From positions 61,380,001 through 61,444,000 of the forward strand of contig NC_043009.1 in assembly GCF_006345805.1 (NCBI RefSeq): 64,000 nucleotides of DNA, given 5' to 3'. This document shows positions 13,701 to 28,800 of the stretch, piece after piece (within the stretch, counting starts at the first letter, position 1; each line of letters begins with the position of its first letter). Origin of the DNA: Octopus sinensis. Taxonomy: Eukaryota. The notes under the pieces were generated by a model that made no database searches, was not told the DNA's origin, and worked only from the letters and a program-made list of their open reading frames with translations. The translations under genes and the position numbers were made by a program.

Positions 13701-16700
13701 TGTACTCTTTCATCACAACTTTCACTCACTCTTACTTCCTCTTTCTGTTGTACCTGTATTTCAAAGGGCCGGCCTTGTCACTCTCTGTGTCACGCTGAAT
13801 ATCCCCGAGAACTACATTAAGGGTACACGTGTCTGTGGAGTGCTCAGCCACTTACATGTTAATTTCACGAGCAGGCTGTTCCGTTGATTCGGATCAACCG
13901 GAACCCTCGTCGTCGTAACCGACGGAGTGCTTCCACACTGGGGTCAATGTAACTGACTAACCCCACCCTCTGCCTAAAATCACTGGCCCTGGGCTCAAAT
14001 TTGAAACAATTATTTTCTATTTTTAACTCATATTTTTATTATTAACTTGTAGCATGACACAAGAAGCCAGCACCATTTTGTATGAGATCTTGCCGGCAGC
14101 CATTACCATGTCCAAGGCAAGAGTGGGATCTCGCCTACAACCATGTTGCCATGCACGAGACCACAGCGAGGCTCTCGTTGCCAACATCTATTTAAGCAGG
14201 CGTATTAAGGCATTCAACCTCTCTCTTCTCTTTCTCGCTACGCTGGGAAACACTGCAAACAGGCAGCTCACAGCAGATTCTTATCCTGCTCTAACTTTAC
14301 CCGTTATGTCCTGAGGTAATGTGCTTCGTGTGAGCGGAGCAATAGCACAACCACATGCTGCCATACAGATGGTCACCAGGAACAAGCCCCATGATTCTTC
14401 TTTGAGTTCCAGATCCTAAGACTACAGAAAACAATTGTAATGGGAGAAGGTGATATGCCACAGGTATCATGAACCTGCGATTCCATTATAAACTTATTTT
14501 TTCATCTTTTATCCTTAATATTTCCTCCTGTTCCACTACAAACCAAAAATTATCCTTAACAATTATTCTGTTATTGCTCCAAGAAATTTGCATGATTTCT
14601 TCTTTCTCACCCCCTCTAATAAAAGAATATCAAACACACCTACCAGTACATTCAAATCCTTTGAGGATTGCCCAAGAGCTGATCCGACCATCTTTGGATA
14701 TAGAGATGAGATATTCCACTTTCTCAGACATCTCTGATCCTGAATCTCGTTCAATCCACTTCACTTCAGTCACAGCTGATGTGTGTCTGTGAGATGAGAG
14801 GCTGAAAATAACAAAACATTCTCTATTAAATAGTTGTTACAATACCAAATATCAACACAGCACCCATGACTTTCAGAAACATTTTTTCACACTCTGAATA
14901 GCTGAAATATGGAATAAACCGCCCGTATCGGGTGGTAGCTGTCAGGACACTACATCCTTCAAATCTTGCATCGTTCATCATCGCTTAACGTCCGTTTTTC
15001 ATGCTAGCATGGGTTGGACGGTTTTGACTGAGGGCTGGCAACCAGATGGCTGCACCAGGCTCCAATCTTGACCTGGCAGAGTTTCTACAGCTGGGTGCCC
15101 TTCCTAACGCTAACCACTCCGAGAGTGTAGTGGGTGCTTTTTACGTGCCATCTGCACGGGGGCCAGTCAGGTGCTGAAATTCACCAACAGTATACTGTTG
15201 TCTCTCACACACACTTTTTTTTTAGAAAAACTTATTCACTGTTCCCTTTCTGTGCGTTATTCTATGTGCTGTACATGTGCTTTTGGTTACCTTTTCTAAA
15301 GAGCTTTAGTGCACCTCAGCACTATATTCATCATCATCATCATCATTTAATATTCGTTGTCCATGCTGGCATGGGTAGGATGGTTTGATCAGGGTTTGAA
15401 AAAGCGGCGAGCTGGCAGAAACGTTAGCACGCCAGGCGAAATACTTAGCGGTATTTCGTCTGCGTTACGTTGTGAGTTCAAATTCCGCCAAGGTTGACTT
15501 TGCCCTTCATCCTTTCGGGGTCGATAAATTAAGTACCAGTTACGCACTGGGGTCGATGTAATTGACTTAATACCTATGTCTGTCCTTGTTTGTCCCCTCT
15601 GTGTTTAGCCCCTTGTGGGTAATAAAGAAATAGGTTTGATCAGGGTTGATAAACTGAGGGGCTGCATCAGACTCCAGTCTGATTTGGCATGGTTTCTATG
15701 GCTGGATGCCCTTCCTAATACCAACCACTCCAAGAGTATAATGGGTGCTTTTATGTGCCACTTGCATGGGTGCCAGTTGCAAACCTTTTAGATACCAACC
15801 CACTTGAGATCACTCTTGGGTCTATGATACAAACTTCCTGTTTTAAAGCAATTAAAAACCTGCAATCAAAATTTCTTGTTAATTTATTTTCAAAACACCA
15901 GCTTAATAATAACAAAATTATTTTACTTAATTTTCATTACTCTCAGAATTAATTGAAACATTAGCAGTGTGTTCTTTTTGTGTTGTTGTAAAGCACAAAA
16001 TAAAGTTGTTCTTGTCTTGAGTTGCAATCGGCAACAATCCCTCCAAGCATCGGATTACAGGGAAACTAGCCAGACCTCACAATCGTAACCATGTGTAAGC
16101 TCTCCCAACCACTGGCCAACATACCTACTCTACAACTGCTCCCTGCACATGTCTGGACCTCACGGCAGACCCCATAAGAAAGAAGCCGTCTTCAATCTAT
16201 CGCTTCCTGATATGATATCATGTCATCCCACTTCCAGTCCTGTCGTGATGTCATGCCCTCTCCCATCCAGCCACTCATCCTTCCTTCGTACTTTGTGTGC
16301 CATCAGAACTCTGTGACTGTTCTGGCTTGCTTAGCAAGAAGTGGAATGTCTGTGCTCTGTGGTGGTCTCAAACCTCAGCACTTAGATTTTCATGGATATG
16401 GTTTGTCACAAGAGAAAAGTGTGCAAATCTCAAGGATATTGACTTTTGTTCAAACTTAGTGCTATGATCTGCATGCAGACTGATTAATTGATAAACAGGA
16501 ACGTGCACATGATAAACGCACACTCAATTGTGGTTCATTCATAATACTGAACTGACAACTCAGCAAAAGGGGTTCAAATCCTAAGGCCTGCAACTCAAAC
16601 AATCAGGCCAGCCTCCCAACAAAAGGTAATTACATCCCTTCAATCCACCCGGTTATGGGGGACACTGATAAAAGGTCATGAAGTGCAGCTCTTCAAATAC

Positions 16701-18265
16701 TTACCAAAATAATGGGGGAGGGTGTAAAATAAGAAGAAAAACAAAACAATAAACATAATACCATCAACAAATTATAAAGACAAAAATTAAAATATGTCTT
16801 ACAAGCTAGTTTGGACTGGAGTGTTTGTCTTTAGTTTCATGTCATAGACTGCAATTCCACCATCGTAGAAACCCACCTGGAAATAACAGGTAGAACTTAT
16901 GTTTATATACACTCCTCATCAATTTTATATATATAGCCGATATGTGCATGTGTGTGTGTGTACATGTGTGTATGTGTGTACGTGTGTATGCCTGTGTGGG
17001 GGGTGCATGCCTGTATGTGTGTGGGGGGGAGTATGTGTGCATGCATGTGTGTGCGTGTTTGTGTGTCTGTATATATCTGTGTATATGTGTATGTGTGCCT
17101 GTGTGTCTGTATGTATCTGTGTGTGTGTGTCAGTGTGTATCTACGTATGCATTTGTATGTGTGTATTTGTATGTATCTATACATTTATGCCTCTGTGTGT
17201 AGGTGTCTATGTACATGTGTATGTGCGTGTTTGTGTGTCTGTATGTATCTGTGTATATGTGCCTGTGTGTCTGTATGTATCTGTGTGTGTATATCAGTGT
17301 GTGTGCATGTGTGTGTGAGTGAATCAGTGTGTATCTGCGTATGCATTTGTATGTGTGTATCTGTATGTATCTGTGCATTTATGTCTCAGCGTGTAGGTGT
17401 CTATGTGTGTGTATATGCCTGTATGTGTGCATCTGTATGTATCTATATCTGTGTGTGTATGTGGCTTAGTATGTACCTGTGTGTGGAGGTGGTGAGAGAG
17501 AGAGAGAGACTGTTACTCTCCTCTCTTCTCTCTCTCTTGACTATCTTTTGAAACTCCAAAGTAAATTAAATAAACAAATATTGGTTTATTGCATTGACAC
17601 AAGGTTACAAACCTGCAAGTGAAAGGGGGCAGAATGAACACTTAATACTTATTTCAGTTTCATTTCTAGATCAACTCTAGAGAGGACCAAAACCCCAGTT
17701 GATCCCAGGATGATCCGAACTCAGAATGTAGATAATCCAGTGTTTTATCAGACATTGGAGATATCACATCCAGAGCTCAGCTGCCCGGATCTGTTATCCC
17801 AAAGTAACATCATGTTTTCATAAACAAGCAGTAAAAAAAGACAAGAAAGCAAATAAAAGCTGGACTCGGCAGATGATGGAGTGTATTCGGAAGACAATCG
17901 GAATAATGAAGCAGTCCGGAGCGGTGGTGGTGGCAGGAGATGGTTGGCAGCATCTTTTGATGCCAGTTTCATTTCATGTAAATAGTTCTTTCCCAAGTGT
18001 GAACCGATGCATAAATTATTCATGTGGAAAAAAAAGGCATCAGTAAGTAATGCGTGGAATAAATTATCACCAGCCATTGGCATCATCATCATCATCACCA
18101 CCCACACCTTCGCTGTTGTCATTGTTGTCGTCGTCATCATTAATGCCAGAAACACAACTGTTTACATTATGATTATGACCACATCATCATAACTACCATT
18201 TCTATCTTCATAATCATTATTCTGGTTATGGATCAGAAAAAATTGTCCATATCCATATGAACTGT

Positions 18266-18301
<36 letters not shown>

Positions 18302-18485
18302 TATATATATACATACATACATACATACAGATATATGTATCTATGTATGTATATATATATATGTGTGTGTGTGTGTATATATATATATAATATATATATA
18401 TATATATACACCACACACACATATATATATATACATACATACATACATACAGATATATGTATCTATGTATGTATATATATATATA

Positions 18486-18557
<72 letters not shown>

Positions 18558-18700
18558 AGGCATGGTTGTGTAGTAAGAAGCTTGCTTCCCAACTACATGG
18601 TTCCAGGTTCAGTCCCACTGCATGGCACTTTCTACTATAGCCTTGGGCTGACTAAAGCCTTGTTAGTGGATTTGGTAGATGGAAATTGAAGGAAGCCCAT

Positions 18701-18740
<40 letters not shown>

Positions 18741-19268
18741 CACACACACACACACACATATATATGTATATATATATCCGTGTGTGTGTGCATGCATGTG
18801 CGCATGCGCTTGTATCTGTGTTTGTCACATGCAGCACTGCTTGGCACCCAGTGCTGGTGTGTGTTTATGTCCTGCAACTTAGCAGTTCAGCAAAAGAGTC
18901 TGACAGAATGTGTACCAAGCTTAAAATAAAAACAAGTACAAAGGTTTATCCATTCAAAATAGAAATTCTTCAACGCAGTGCCCTGGCACGGCTGCAATCC
19001 AACAACTGAAACAAGTAAACAGTAAAAGATACTATACAGTAATACTTCGGTTTTCAAACAACTCTGATCATGAATGAATCATGCTTTATATACATACATA
19101 CATAGGTATTTGTATATATATACATATACATACATACAAGGTATTTGTGATCAGAGGCGTTCGTAAACCAAAGTACTACTGTATTAAATGAATATGAGAA
19201 AGACAGGAGATAAAGCACAATTTATTCATGATTAGAGTTGTTTGAAAACTGAGGTACAACTGTATATA

Positions 19269-19339
<71 letters not shown>

Positions 19340-19345
19340 ACATAC

Positions 19346-19376
<31 letters not shown>

Positions 19377-19383
19377 GATATAT

Positions 19384-19414
<31 letters not shown>

Positions 19415-19435
19415 TATTATATATATATATATATT

Positions 19436-19529
<94 letters not shown>

Positions 19530-21758
19530 TCATCATCATCAACATTTAAGTCCATTTTCCATGCTGGCAGGAGTTGGATGGTTTGACAAGAGCTGGCCAG
19601 CCAGAGAGCTGCCAAGGCTCCAGTTGTCTTTTTTTTGGCAGAGTTTCTACAGCTGGATGCCCTTCCTAATGCCAACCACTTTACAGAGTGTACTGGGTGC
19701 TAGTATGCAGCACTGGCACAACCTCTTTATCAGAATAACCACAAAAGCTAGAAAGTCAGTGTTATATCATGACAACATCTGCTAAGTTAACAAAGAAGGT
19801 GACCCATAATTCACTGTGTCAATGGCAAGAGCTATGATGGGGGCTGAAGTAGCACACTTCGTTGGATCATTTACCCTAAACATTCTCAAGAAGTGCACTC
19901 ACTCCTACAAATCAGGAGGTACAGAGGATACAGAGACAACAAACTTTAATTTGAAGTAATATAAACAACCATGCTATCAGCTAATTTAAGAAGAATTTGA
20001 TAGAAAACTTCAAGAAGTTCAGCTTACACATGACTGTTCACAGCAATCCAACAAGTCAACTTTTTAGACGTTACTTTAAACTCAAGACAAGCAATGAAAA
20101 GAATATACATACATACACACACACGCATGCATGCATGCTCACTGGTATTAGTAAAAGAATCGCTGAATTATCCTGATAGAAATATCTTTGACACAGCCAC
20201 ATTTCATTACAACAAAGTGTCAGCAAGTAGTAGCTTTAGTGAGAAGTTAATGTACATGCAGAATCCCTAACTCCATCCTTGAGAAAGTTAGGAAGAGGAA
20301 AATAACTTAATTCGATCATCCATTCAACTAAGATGCCTCTATGAATATAACCAGGAATCTTCATTCCTCATTGGACACTATTTCCCTAGCATACATAAAC
20401 AAGCCTTTTAAAGTGCAAAATGTTAAGGTTAGTTACAACTATCTAGACAGTAGTGCTTCCAACATCATGCTTTTCAATAGACAAAAATATGCAGCACTTA
20501 TCTCAGGTACTCACTTGCAGGTGTTCAAATCAATCTATGTGCATTTCCAATGTAGTGGTTAATAGGGACTGCACATGATTCAAAGCCAATGACTTCAAGG
20601 GAATGTTCATTCAACATATATGCATCTTCAGGGACAAGGAAATACACCACTTCTCAGTCCTATCTTATATGAAAACTTCGAGGCAGGGAAAATGACATGC
20701 TCAGCATAACTTAGAATATACTCAATCAAGTCCTACCTTATTTGCCCAGAACTCATAACTGCCATCTTTGACCCCTTAAATAATAATAATAATAATAATA
20801 TATAATGAAATTATTGTATACAGTGCTCAGGTGCACCACGACTTGTCAAAAGTGCATATAAAGTATATGCAGTAATGTACAAATATCTGGGAAGCGAACA
20901 ATGTATGAGTCAGATACATGCTTGCGTATGTATGGAGGGGAGAAAATCAGGTGTGGTGTTGGCGAATCTCAGGAAGCATGGAAGTTTTGAAGGATGCTGT
21001 GTTCCGACAACTAACAACTGATGCCGGTAGTTTGTTCGTTCGTTCCATGCTGTACATACTGAAACAGCCAGCTCTATTCCTTAACGTGAAAATTGAATGA
21101 AGAGGAACAAATTAATTGATCAATATTAGTTTGCTTAATCCAAGCTAGTGTTCATTTCCAAAATCATTATTTAATCATGCCTTTTCTCCACAACCCCAAC
21201 CCAAACATTATTTGTCTACAATATATCATTTTTCAGGGCTTTCCCACATTTCCTCCTTATACAGTACTATAGCTAGAACAGGAAGCGATCTGCTTTGAAT
21301 GATGCTTTTATGGGAGAAGCACTTCTGTACAAGCTTGTATAGGCTGGAAGGGCCCAGGGTTAGTAGGCACCAAGCACAAAGCTGTCTTGACCCAAAGATA
21401 ACCTCAGAAGTGTTTACCAAGCCATTTCACTGATTCTTTTCAAATTCATACATCTGTAAAATGTAAAAGAAACTATCCAGCTTGGCCAAGAGAGTTTAAT
21501 AGATTTGTAATATCTCACAATCTTTTGTAATGCTCCTCATAATATTTCAGGGTCATTATGCATGACAAGAAACCATTCCTATTTCCTGTGTATTTATACA
21601 AATTAGTGTGCTTTTGTGGAGATCAATCCTTACATCTCACCCATTGATTGATTGAGTTTATTTAACTCAATTATGAAACTATTAGTAACAATGTGTCAGT
21701 TCATACTTTGACTCTGTGTGTGTGTGTGCGCGCGTTTGTGTGTGTGTGTGTGTGTGCG

Positions 21759-21795
<37 letters not shown>

Positions 21796-24700
21796 AATGA
21801 AAATATATAAAAATAACAACAAAACTAAATAATATGACATGAGCTGTAAGTGATAAGAACCACTGTCAGGAATCCTGATGGTACCTACCGCTAGAAGGTT
21901 TGGGTAAGTCATAGAGAAATCAAGAGCTGTAACACCTGTACGGTGTGGGAACACTTTCTCTGGATACTGAAACAGAAAAAAAAGTAACACAAAATAACAT
22001 CAGTTGTGGCTGTTACTCGATAATGCAGGCAAAAATAATGCATGATGTAAACCCTACTATATAATGATACAGCAGACTGAAAAACAGAGACAATTTAAAC
22101 CTGACTGTGCTGGGTTTATAGTAAAAATTCTTAAATTTCTGTGAAAGCTGATTCTCTTAAAAGCTTTTTTTGCTTCCTTGCTTATGACAGCCCATCAAAG
22201 AAATAACAGCAATGATCCAAGACTTTCATCCTCTTCTGCCTCTAGCACCTTGTTTCTCATGGGAACAGATGTGGTTGACAAAACGGACACAAGATAGGCA
22301 GATCCTGTGGCACTAAGGGCATTGAAAGTGGCCCCAAACAATAGCTGCAGGGGTTGACAACAATGCCTCTTCCTCTCTTCATGCAGTCTATTGTATTTGG
22401 TTTCAAAGAGCTTAACTCCAGCATCACACACGGACCTCCACACCTCCCAATTAACAGCCAGGAACTCCAACCAATAGGGATTAGACACTGCATAAAATGA
22501 GAGACCACTTCTTGTGAAGATCATGAAAATGAAATTTTGGACATCCATGAGGCTTATACCCAGTCTCAATCTTGTTGAAGAGGACTGTCTTTGGGAGCCA
22601 GTTACCTGGCATCTGAATCTCATGGCCAACCCAGCAGAAAAGATGGGGACATTAGCTAATATATAAATCCTTTTGAAGACAGCAGGGAGTGATTTGAAAG
22701 AAATTTGGCTGCTGTTTTGAGCTGGTCAATTAAAGACATGAGGGATCCCACAGTGGTTAGTAACCCAGTTTGCTGAATAGTGAGGAATAATGGTATAATG
22801 CAAAAAAAAAAAAAGAAAAGAAAAAAAAACCCTCCAGAATTGAAAACCTAAGATTTGAACCTCCTTACCTCAGGATTCTTCATGGACCAGCAACATGCAA
22901 GGCCATGCTTCTGGTTCTTGAATTCAAACTCTCCATATCCGACAGCAATGAGATCCTTTGAAACAAGAGAGTAAAATGACTTGTTAGTAGAGATTATTAT
23001 TTCCACAGTGCTGCTTTATATTTCTTGCCACTTACTACAGCTATACGTGGTGCATTCCAGAAGTTCTGAGACTGTTTTAGGAGAGGCAGTTATAACTGTT
23101 CCAGATTACTGTAACTTTAGTATATCATTACAATGCATCTAATAAGCTGACTGACCAACTTTTGATATTCTATACTGAAGGCAACGGCTGTAACAGCATT
23201 TTGAACACAGCCTACAAAACTCTGCTTGTTACAGCTGACCAGTTTGTAGGATGCAGTCAGGACATGAAGACAATTTGGAAACACACTAGGCAATGAAGTT
23301 TTGTGTTGATCTCTCTTTTACTCTTTTACTTGTTTCAGTCATTTGACTGTGGCCATGCTGGAGCACCGCCTTTTAGTCGAACAAATCAACCCCAGGACTT
23401 ATTCTTTGTAAGTCTAGTACTTATTCTATCGGTGGAAATAACACAGAAGTAAATCTAAGACATTTCAACTTATATGAAAAAAATTATATAAAGAAAATAT
23501 CACCAGTTTTGATGATGAATCTCTTATCAAATATCAGTAAAAAATTTATAAAAATTTGAAGTAAAAACATATTTGTGACCCCCAGACAGAAGATAAATTG
23601 TTTTCACTTCAAGTTTTTATAAATTTTTACTGATATTTGATAAGATGAGATTCATCATCAAAACTGGTAATATTTCTTTAATATAATTTTTAGAATCATT
23701 TTATTAAATTCCTTCTTTTATATATAAATATATAAATATATGTATGTATATATATTTGTGTGTGTGTGTGTGTGTGCTTGTGTTTGTCTCCCACCACTAC
23801 TTGACAATCAGTGTTGGTGTGTTTGTGGCCCCATATCTTAGCGGTTCAGCAAAAGAGACTGATAGAATAAGTAACCAGGCTTTAAAAAAATAGGTACTGA
23901 TGTTGATTCATTCAGCCAAAACATTCTTCAACGAGGTACCCCAGCATGGACACAGCCTTAATAACTGAAACAAGTAAAAGAATATACCCAAGTGTATAAT
24001 ATGCTAGTTATGACAATAATAACAATGATGATGATCATGATGATGATGACAACAACAACAACAACAACAACAGAGATGAATACAACAACACTGAAGAAAA
24101 CAAAGAAAGCAGTGATACTCACTAAGTTAGAATTGTTCCATGCCATGCAACTGACCGTGTGACCTTTGGTCAATGGGCATGTGAAGGACCAGAGTTTCTG
24201 TAAGTTTGGTGATATGTCCGTTTCACTAGCAGATTCCTCCACTTCAGAAGATTCAACATCTAGCATATAAACAGTTAACCGTTTGTTATAAAGTTTTATA
24301 GAATTGTGTAAAACAAATAAATCTTAATGAACCGAAATAACGATTTATCAAAGTAAATAAAATCAACAATGCATTGGGTTGTCCAGAAAGTTTGTGCCGA
24401 TTTATAGTAGATTACCTTTCGACTTATTTTAGAACATGGTCGAGTCCATAAAATAGGATTTGACTACACCTCCATTTAGAGCACAGTTTAAGCTATCTTT
24501 TTGTGGAAGATATATGTTCCTATAACCTGTGTTAATTCTGTAACCCTTTAAAATGGAAGATAAGAAAGTTCATTTTCGGCACTTGTTGCTTTGGGAACCA
24601 GACAAAAATTGCTGCAACTTGGCTGAGATGTGTTACCCCCACCCTCCATATTCACCAGATATTACTCCTTCGGATTTCCACTTATTCAGGACTCTGCAGA

Positions 24701-27700
24701 ATAGTCTTAATGGTAAAAATTCCAATTCCTTGGATGATGTAAAAAGATACCTTGATGAATTCTTTGCCATGAAACCAACTTAACTTTTAGGAAGAGGGTA
24801 TTTTCAAGTTAAAAGAAAGATGGAGATGCATTGTGCAACAAAATGGTTCATATTTGGTTGATTAAAAATGTAATGGCAAGAATTTTTTGACCTTTTTCTT
24901 TCCTTTAAAAATTGGCACAAACTTTCTGGACAACCCAATGTTAATTATTAGGAACAGAAGCATTTTCAATACCAAATAGTAATCTTTAGATCCAACATAA
25001 TACGGATACCTTTGCTTCCATTGCTAATAATTAATTTTTGATATAAACCTGCTGGTTATTTGCGACATCATCATAACCATTTAATGTCCATTGTCCATGC
25101 TGGCAAGGGTTGGACAGTTTGACCAGAGCCGATGAGCTGGGAAGCTGCACCAGACTCCAGTCTGATTTGGCATGGTTTCTACAACTGGATGTCCTTCCTA
25201 ATGCCAACCACATTACAGAGTGTTCTGGATGCTTTTACGTGGCACTGCATGAGTGCTTTTACATAGCGCTTTTACGTGGAACCACCATGAGTGCTTTACA
25301 CCACCAGCAGGATTGGTCTTAACACTTCTACTGCAGGGTACAACTCTTCTTGAGTACAACCAGGCATCAGGTGTCTCAGTCCTTTGTCATCTCACCTGAA
25401 AGGTTTATCTTCCTGAGATTGTTCTTCATCGGTGCCTGAAAAGATGCTGAAATTCTATATATCGAAGCAGCAAGATTTGACTGGCATGCAGTAAGTGGTT
25501 CTCTCCATTGATGAGGTCCAACAGACTAGAATCATGTGATATGGGAATTCAGCACCCACAGCAGACAAATTCCAGTCTGTTATGATCTATGTGTGTGCTT
25601 TTATGCACCAAGGACTTATATGAGATGATCTTTCAAGGCTAATAATGCAATATTTGATGTTCTAAAAAGGTATCCATGTAGCTCTAAAACAATTTTTTGG
25701 AGATCAAAATCAAATTCGATGACTGACATCCATGCTAGTGGAATGCTAAGAGAACCATACGAGAAGGATCGGGGCCAGAGCAACAAGCTGGCCTCTGAGC
25801 CGAAGGCATATTAAAAACACCATTTGAGCGTGATCGTTACCTGTGTCGCCTACTAGCACTTGTGCTGGTGGCACATGAAAAAACATTTGAGCGATGTCGT
25901 TGTCAGTGCCGCTGGACTGGCTCCTGTGTGGGTGGCACATAAAAAGCACCATTTGAGCATGGCCATTGCCAGAACTGCATGACTGGCCCTCATGCTGGTG
26001 GCACGTAAAAGCACCCACTACATTCTCGGAGTGGTTGGCGTTAGGAAGGGCATCCAGCTGTAGAAACTCTGCCAGATCAGATTGGAGCCTGGTGCAGCCA
26101 TCTGGTTCGCCAGTCCTCTGTCAAATCGTCCAACTCATGCTAGCATGGAAAGCGGACGTTAAACAACGATGATAATGATGATGATTGTTAAAATTTAAGA
26201 GAATATTGCATTTATTCATGTATAATACATGATTTTTTTCCAGCACTTCAAAACTAAATCTTAAGGGTGTACATTACGCACAAGAATTCAATGCAATCCA
26301 TTTTCTCTCAGTCAAGTGTGCTGTCATATATGGAATGGCATAATGGAACTTAGTTATATCCATTAACTAACTTAGTTAATAGATATAGGTGTGGCTGTGT
26401 GGTAAGAAGTTTGCTTTCCAATCATATAATTTGGGGTTCAGTCCCACTGCATGGCACCTTGGGCAAGTGTCTTTTGCAATATCCTCGAACTGACCAAAGC
26501 TTGTGAGTGAATTTGGTAGACAGGAACTGAAAGAAGCCCATCCTATATATACGTGTGTGTGTGTCCCACCATTACTCGACAGCTAGTGTTGGTGTTTTTA
26601 TGTCCGCATAACTTAGCAGTTCAGCAAAAGAGACCAATCAAATAAGCATCAGGCTTTAAATAAATATAAAATAAAAATACAGGAGTTGATTCATTCGACT
26701 GAAAATTCTTCAGGGTGGTGCCCCAGCATGGCCACAGTCTAATGACAGAAACAAGTAAAAGATAAAAAGATAAATGTTCATCAAAACATTTTAAAAAGGA
26801 GTACGAGTGGCTGTGTGGTAAGTAGCTTGCTTACCAACCACATGGTTCCGGGTTCAGTCCCACTTCAGGGCACCTTGGGCAAGTGTCTTCTACTATAGCC
26901 TCGGGCCGACCAAAGCCTTGTGAGTGGATTTGGTAGACGGAAACTGAAAGAAGCCTGTCATGTATATGTATATATATGTGTGTGCGTGTGTGTATATATT
27001 TGTGTGTCTGTGTTTGTCCCCCTAATATCGCTTGACAACTGATGCTGGTGTATTTATGTCCCCGTAACTTAGCAGTTCGGCAAAAAAAAACCGATAGAAT
27101 AAGTACTGGTTTTACAAAGAATAAGTCCTGGGGTCGATTTGCTCGACTAAAGGCAGTGCTCCAGCATGGCCACAGTCACATGACTGAAACAAGTAAAAGA
27201 GTAAAACCAGCAAATGTGTATCTCATGAAATTACTGCCACGGTCCACCAATACACAAAGCCAGAATTTGATACTTTCACATTAAAAATACTAGTTTAATG
27301 TGAAGTACTGAGAGGGAAGGTGGGTGTATGGCATCAAGCCAGCTTTTGAGAGGTTAAAGTATGAGAGAGAGAGAGAGAGGCAGGAACAGGTGTCTTGCTA
27401 AAGTGGAGATACACTTGTATATTTTTACATTGGTTTGTTGGGACAATCTTGAAGACTTATCTTCAGATTAGAATACAGACTGACCAGAGCAGCTTCCGGT
27501 TCTTGTTTTTTTTTTTGTTTTTTTGTTGTTGCTTTTTTTGTTCTGGCTCAGTCCACTAGGATTTGAGCTGAGCAGGATATGGATGATGTTGATTACTATG
27601 CAAAGGAGGCAGAGGAGGAGGAGATAGGAGGAGCAGGAGGAGGAGGAGGAGGAAGAAGAGGAGAAGCAGGGAGTGGAAGAGATGAAGCAGGAGGAGAAGA

Positions 27701-28738
27701 AGCAGGAAGAAGAGGAGAAGAAGCAGGAAGAAGAGGAGGAGAATCAAGAAGAAGAGGAGACGCAGGGGGTGGAAGAGAAGAAGTAGGAGAAGAAGGAGGA
27801 GGAGAAGAAGCAGGAAGAAGAGGAGGAGGAGGAGCAAGAAGAAGAGGAGAAGCAGGGGTGGAAGAGAAGAAGTAGGAGGAGGAGATGAAGCAGAAAGAAG
27901 ATAGGAAGATAGGAAGAAGGAGAATCAAGAAGGAGAGGAGAAGCAGCAGCAGGAGGAGGGGAAGGAGGAGGGTTATGAAGTCCATGAAATACTCACTGAA
28001 ACTGACTGGTAAGTTACGGTACTTGGCTAATTTCGGTTGGTAAGTATTCAGATTGATTATTCTCTCCATTATGAATAGATCCCTTGCAAAATTCAAACTC
28101 TGAAACAAATATAAATATCTAAATATAAATGTGCATATGGTATGTGTGTGCATGTGTGTGCATGTGTGTGCATGTGTGTGCATGTGTACGTGTGCATGTA
28201 TTAACTGGGAATAAGTGTCTTTTACAATAAATTCAGGTCGACCTAAACACTGTGAGTTCAACTGGGGAAGTACACAACTATGTGAAAACCCAGAACCGAA
28301 ATTCAAGAGACTTGGTCACAGAGTCACTCTATATATATATTGCCAGCCTCGCCTGGCCCCCGTGCCAGTGGCACATAAAAGCACCGTCCACTCGCGTCCG
28401 TTGCCAGGCTTGCCTGGCCCCCGTGCCGGTGGCATGTAAAAGCACCATCTGTTCATGTCCGTTGCCAGCCTCACCTGGCCCCCGTGCCGGTGGCATGTAA
28501 AAGCACCATCCGTTCATAGCCGTTTGCCAGCTCCGTCTGGCACCTGTGCAGGTGGCACGTAAAAAGCATCCACTACACTCACGGAGTGGTTGGCGTTAGG
28601 AAGGGTATCCAGCCGTAGAAACACTGCCAGATCTGACTGGGCCTGATGCAGCCTTCCGGCTTCCCAGACCCCAGTTAAACCGTCCAACCCATGCTAGCAT
28701 GGAAAACGGACGCTAAATGATGATGATGATGATGATGA

Positions 28739-28800
<62 letters not shown>

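Noticed and set aside
27596-28306. 236-aa ORF
   Set aside because: Only 27997-28099 is a real exon; the remainder is read-through into simple repeats.
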